Part shown: positions 59,301 to 64,000 of the stretch, piece after piece
How positions within the stretch are numbered: the first letter of the stretch is position 1
How the letters are laid out: every line of letters starts with the position of its first letter
Source: Mytilus trossulus
Taxonomy: Eukaryota
Reading direction: 5' to 3'
NCBI RefSeq assembly: GCF_036588685.1
Contig: NC_086375.1
Coordinates: forward strand, 57,288,001 to 57,352,000
Length of the DNA: 64,000 bases
Program-made: the position numbers and the translations under genes
The notes under the pieces: model-generated
What the model saw: the letters and a program-made list of their open reading frames with translations, nothing else
What the model was told of the DNA's origin: nothing
The model's database searches: none

Positions 59301-61783
59301 CAACTTTGATTTCACATTTTAACAGAGGAATATTGGTGTCTGCTAACTTGTATTTTTTTCTGGTTTCTAAAATTCAGTCCTAAGATAACAATAACAAAAT
59401 AAACAAAAAATAGACATACATTAATTGCTACTAATTATATTGCTTGCCAAAATATGAAGTCTAGACCACCACTGCAGTTTTAATTTCATGTCAAGATTAA
59501 GATTTCTCACTATTAAATTTCACATGGAATAAATCTTACCTTTTCTTGTTCAAAATCCCAATCAATATCAGCTGGTTCTAAACCTTTTAATGTCAATCCT
59601 AAGCCTCTACGTCCTCTTTGCTTGGATGCCTCTATGATGTCTACAATACCCTGGCCACGCTTTCCCAAACCAGAACCTTTTTTGTGACCCATCTTTGCCT
59701 ATATGGTATATACAGATACAAAAATCATAAACAAAAGAAAATTCTTCACATATAATTGAGAAAACAATAAATACATGAATGCAATATATTTTACTTCTGT
59801 CTGTCAACTTTCTTTTCAATACAACATAGTCAAGGCTTGTAAGCCTCTAGATTGATCAATAAAACATCTAAGAAATCTGTTATGATATTTTTTCAGAATA
59901 CCAAAGTCTTGAATTGGATAATGCCTTGAACTCCATCAAAGACCTTTAACCCTATTTTCCTATTCAAACTGACATATAACTGTGCAACATCTATTGTTTT
60001 GTGTTAACTGCCAATGGAACTATAATAGCTGTAAAATCAAAATCAAAAAAAGAAGAACATGTCAATGTGCCCGGGATTTCATATTATCAGCATATAACTT
60101 TAAAAATGTGTCACTACAAATGTATTTGTGTCTCTTATGTAAGTACAAATCTAGTGATAATTCTGCATTGTTGATGTCACAATGAAGGAAAAGAAGACAG
60201 GAGTTTAGTTACACATGACTTTAAAGACAAAACTTAACAAGGACTTGACATGAAAAATTCCTTCAATCTGTATTTTGAGAACTCAAACGTAGTATAATTT
60301 TTCATACCATCATCCTTTTGGCAAAATCAGTATACCCATCCAATTGACTGGATGTCTTGGCCTTCTTGACTGCTGGCTCTCCAGCACCGATGTCATCACC
60401 ATTGCCTCCATCATAGACTTGAAGTTTTTCATTGTCACTATCACTATCACTATCAGAATCTGGCAAGAAAACAGATTACAATTATTATATGCATCAAGAT
60501 CAAATAAAAATGACATTGCTTTTTAAATTACTAACACTATAAATGTACAATGATCATGATGATGTATAAAATAAAACAATTGACAAGTTTTTTTTTTATA
60601 GGGTTTGCTTATTATAATAACATCCTTTAAAACAAGAAATGTGATAGCAGATACATGCAAAGGCTAAAAACAGTGAATTCCTCTAAACTGCATTCCCGTA
60701 ATGTCTTGATTAATATAATTATTATTTTTTCAAATTTTTGTGTCTGCATGCCTTGTTTTAATTTAACAAAGTATTTTCACATCATCAAGGTTCAATTAAT
60801 TCATTTCAGGTAATTAAATAAACTTATATACAACTAAGGAGTTGTTGTTTGTTTTTTTGGCGATTGCATCACGTAAGCAAAAATTGCAAATATGTACATT
60901 AGTGCCCTAGAGACTAGAATTCATAAACATGACAAAGGACTGTCTCCAAGTATTTGTATAATTTGTTGAAAAATCAATGTGGAGACCAAAATCATGCATA
61001 TGCAAACCTGAAAATTATGGCGTCTTGCAAGGCTTTTTAAATTATTTCTGTTATGCCTTCCACAGAAAAAATAAATAAAATAGACTTTGCAAGACCATTA
61101 TTTTTTAGACTAGCAGGTCTATGTTATTTAGTCTCTGGTGGAGGGTTGTCTCATTGACAATCATACGGTTCATACCAAATCATCATATTCCTGTATTGTC
61201 AGTAGGTTAACAGTTCATATCACAACTATGCTTATCGCCGAGGTCAATTTCATTTTCATTGATATTGATAAACTGATAATGCATGACATGTGCAGGATAA
61301 CAACTGTGCGAAGTCATAAAAATCTTAATTTCAATTTTATTAAATTGCAGTCCACTATAACACTTAAGCATTTGACTGTACTTTTAAATAGCAGTCTACC
61401 AGTCATTATAAAAATCACCATAAAGTATATTAATGATTGTCTTTTATTAAGAACATCTGTATAACTTGTATTTCTTTTAATATGCAATGCCAACCTAATT
61501 TTTGTTTGTGTTCTTTTTTCAATTGTTCATGAACATTAATAATGTGTTAACTGTTGATATTTATAGCCTTTTTTCTTCTTTGCTGTGAATACCACTGTCA
61601 CTCTAATATAATTGTAATCAATTTAACTATTGTAAGTTTATTGTCTTAATTTTGTATGCCATAACCATTTAATGTAAATGTGTTTGTGCGAATAAAATAT
61701 TGTCTATTGTCTATTAACTTTTTTTAGAGTGCAATGTTTGAGTAGCAAAATATTGTGTTTGCTTCTTTACCTTCTAAGTTCAT
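44386..61783 (-). CDS. CMTR1: Cap-specific mRNA (nucleoside-2'-O-)-methyltransferase 1, about 803 aa, 22 coding exons
   Basis: Exons in transcription order: 61783-61771, 60459-60308, 59698-59540, 59163-59071, 56295-56224, 55792-55698, 54796-54724, 54384-54192, 53101-52983, 52734-52638, 51981-51849, 51213-51028, 50496-50440, 49827-49770, 49380-49312, 48870-48730, 47760-47635, 46986-46895, 46116-46000, 45791-45673, 45281-45173, 44524-44386 (sum 2412 nt, phases consistent). Domains: G-patch ([16 protein letters not shown]), FtsJ-type MTase ([46 protein letters not shown]) and C-terminal WW ([15 protein letters not shown]). The 13-nt first exon is the least certain. Confidence 0.95.
46435..46497. 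repeat. 63-bp near-perfect palindrome in a CMTR1 intron
   Basis: 31-bp arms with one mismatch around a single central base. Confidence 0.9.
47981..48119. mobile_element. MITE with 5-bp TSD GACAG; related copy at 17447-17597
   Basis: cactggcagatcca / taaatctgcctctg flanked by GACAG on both sides. Confidence 0.65.
49948..50275. mobile_element. hAT-like MITE
   Basis: TIRs caggattctcactaagg / ccttagtgagaaccctg; internal ggactcacc repeats. Confidence 0.7.
52388..52599. mobile_element. TA-flanked MITE
   Basis: TIRs tactgtggattcatt / aatgaatccacagta. Confidence 0.8.
53720..54166. mobile_element. Fold-back element (about 220-bp imperfect arms) in a CMTR1 intron
   Basis: atagaatcatattcaaaacagtgtggtc...gaccacactgttttgaatatgattctat; complementarity continues to the centre near 53945. 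Confidence 0.88.
56897..58651. mobile_element. Non-autonomous DNA transposon (1.75 kb, nested insertions), 5-bp TSD TGCAA
   Basis: TIRs CAGGGGTTAAGAAAT / ATTTTTTAACTCCTG; subterminal CTAGCCC repeats; TGCAA on both sides. Confidence 0.65.
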
Positions 61784-62171
61784 AATGTCAGATTGAAATA
61801 CACCATTTACCAAAATTTGAAAAAAAGAAAGTAAAATTAGATTTTCAACTTTCACTTTAAACGGAAGCTATACCAAATTTACCGTCAAAAAGAAGAATAG
61901 AATCTAACTTGATTGCAGTAAACCGGCGTAGCCCGTAACCGGAGGAGATGAGTCTTCACTTTTAAACTATTTGAAGATAAGAATATAATATACTAGTATT
62001 CTATGTTACATCCATCGAATGTACATTTGAACAAATGGGCTTTTAGGACAAAAGGCAAATATTATACAAATGTGTTCCCATACATTGAAAATAGATTCTA
62101 CATAGATAATATATATCCTCAATGCTCTTCAACTTCGTATTTATTTGGCTTTTTAACTTTTTTGATCTCAG

Positions 62172-62213
62172 CGTCACTGATGAGTCTTATGTAGACGAAA
62201 CGCGCGTCTGGCG
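62172..62213 (+). ncRNA. Type I hammerhead ribozyme, intact core; predicted cleavage after GUC at 62208
   Basis: cgtca-CTGATGA-gtct(tatgt)agac-GAAA-cgcgc-GTC-tggcg: stem I, conserved core, stem II and palindromic stem III (ACGCGCGT). Confidence 0.9.
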
Positions 62214-62526
62214 TATTAAATTATAATCCTGGTACTTTTGATAACTATTTACACCACTGGGTCGATCTCACTGCTGGTGGACGTTTCGTCCCCGAGGGTA
62301 TCACCAGCCCAGTAGTCAGCACTTCGGTGTTGACATGCATATCAATTATATGGTCATTTTTATAATTTTTCTGTTTTCAAAACTTTGAATTTTTCGAAAA
62401 ACTAAGGATTTTCTTACCCCAGGAGTAGATTACCTTAGCCGTATTTGGCACAACTTTTTGGAATTTTGGATCCTCAATGCTCTTCAACTTCGTATTTATT
62501 TGGCTTTTTAACTTTTTTGATCTGAG

Positions 62527-62568
62527 CGTCACTGATGAGTCTTATGTAGACGAAACGCGCGTCTGGCG
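62527..62568 (+). ncRNA. Type I hammerhead ribozyme, intact core; predicted cleavage after GUC at 62563
   Basis: Identical to the 62172-62213 motif, 355 nt downstream. Confidence 0.9.
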
Positions 62569-62639
62569 TATTAAATTATAATCCTGGTACTTTTGATAAC
62601 TATATATTATTATGAATGAACCCTTGGCGGTTCAATACT

Positions 62640-63213
62640 TTAAAGGGGCACTAGCTACGATATATATAACTATACAAATCCTTGGAGATATAAAATATAA
62701 ATTCAAAAATATGATTTTTTGTTTATTCGATTATTAATGAAAGTGAAATAGTGAAATGACAATTCGCTTAAGGCAGCCAGCATGGTTCACTGATTTTGTC
62801 AATTTAAGTAACGAAAAATCGAGGATGAATTATTCACTTACAAGTGAATAACGCGACCTCATTAAATCCGCATTCATGGGACATTCAATTCAACACCTTG
62901 GTTAAAGATCGATTACGCATGGGTTATGCGTGTTCAGTTATTAAAAGGAAAAGGATGCCAACATTCAAGTGAAACAAAGGTAAATAATATGATTAGCTGA
63001 TACGATTTACAAAAGTTAATCCATAAACAGGTTTACACAATCATTAACTTATTTTTTTTACATATAACATGAAATCAAAAAGAAATACAAAATGCAACTG
63101 CATGAGATCGCTATCTATTTATATAAGTTTAGTATGTTTATTTTGTACCATGTTATGTGGCCGTCGGCAGTTTTCGGAGAAATACCAATAGTTAATTAGA
63201 TGGCGTCTAGACT
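62640..63213 (+). repeat. Dispersed repeat beginning TTAA-AGGGGCACTAGC (possible Kolobok-like fragment)
   Basis: The same 5' end occurs at about 27561-27715; no matching far TIR seen. Confidence 0.45.
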
Positions 63214-63410
63214 AAAACACACACAAGATTCTGGTATATATATATATGAAGCAAGTCTCCGAGTACGGAAGTTCATCGCTGTGTTGAAACCCCTTTCCAT
63301 CACGATCATCGACTATACAACAAGGGTTGATCAAGGAACGACAGACCTGTTCGGGAAAAGTTTTGGATAATATAGTTAAGGACAGTTTCCCAAGAGGGCA
63401 TACATGAAAA

Positions 63411-63869
63411 ACAAGAATGTGTCCAAAGTACACGGATGCCCCACTCACACTATCCTTTTGCATGTTCCATGGACCGTGAAATTGGGTAATAATCTAATTT
63501 GGCATTACAATTAGAAAGATTATACTATAGGGAACATATGTAGTAAGTTTCAAGTTGATTGGACTTCAATTTCATCAAAAACTACCTCGACCAAAAACTT
63601 TAACCAGAAACTCCCACTTTCATTTTTCTATGTTAAGTGGACCGTGAAATTGAAGTCAAAAGTCTAATTTGGCTTTAATATTAGAAAGATCATATCATAA
63701 GCAACAAGTGTACCAAGTATCAAATTGATTGGACTTCAGCTTCATCAAAAACTACCTTGACCAAAAACTTTAACCTGAACGGACGCACAGACGGACGAAC
63801 GAACGAACGAACGAACGGAGCCACAGACCAGAAAACATAATGCCCCTCTACTATCGTAGGTGGAGCATA
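63411..63869 (+). mobile_element. Helentron/HINE-type (pearl-like) element with two tandem cores, microsatellite and 3' hairpin
   Basis: Core repeat x2, (GGAC/GAAC)n and hairpin atgcccctctac-tatc-gtaggtggagcat; single-core copies at 55376-55664 and 58680-58963, fragment at about 6160-6290. Confidence 0.7.
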
Positions 63870-64000
63870 CAAATTTGACTGTCCCTTTGGTATCTTTCGT
63901 CCCTCTTTTAGAATGAGTCACTCATTTTCCCAACATCACTTGTTTCCTGTAACTCAGGCTTCCATACTGGACTCTCATAGTCTTAAAAGGAATTTATCCC

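Larger units (their letters stand above)
62116..62603 (+). mobile_element. Non-LTR retrozyme-like element: 355-bp period with two hammerhead ribozymes
   Basis: Near-identical 133-bp direct repeats 62116-62248 and 62471-62603, each containing a full hammerhead core; structured GC-rich interior at about 62255-62315. Confidence 0.88.

Overview
AT-rich, intron-containing animal DNA. The repeat content looks like a bivalve mollusc, probably Mytilus-like (inference). Left to right: (1) a + strand tandem array of five 4-exon ARF/ARL small-GTPase genes, ARL11/ARL14-like. Copy A is 5'-truncated by the window and divergent, copy B has a +1 frameshift in exon 1, and copies C-E are intact. (2) Two 2-exon carotenoid-cleavage-oxygenase (BCO/RPE65 family) paralogues that both start with a signal peptide and carry many N-glycosylation sequons. 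(3) A complete 22-coding-exon CMTR1 (cap1 2'-O-methyltransferase) gene on the - strand. The window also holds at least eight type I hammerhead ribozyme motifs from two related retrozyme-like families, including an apparently intact 355-nt unit with two ribozymes about 330 bp upstream of the CMTR1 start codon. Other elements are Penelope-like and CR1/L2-like RT remnants, many MITEs and fold-backs, and satellites. All coordinates and translations were read by hand; no database searches were run.
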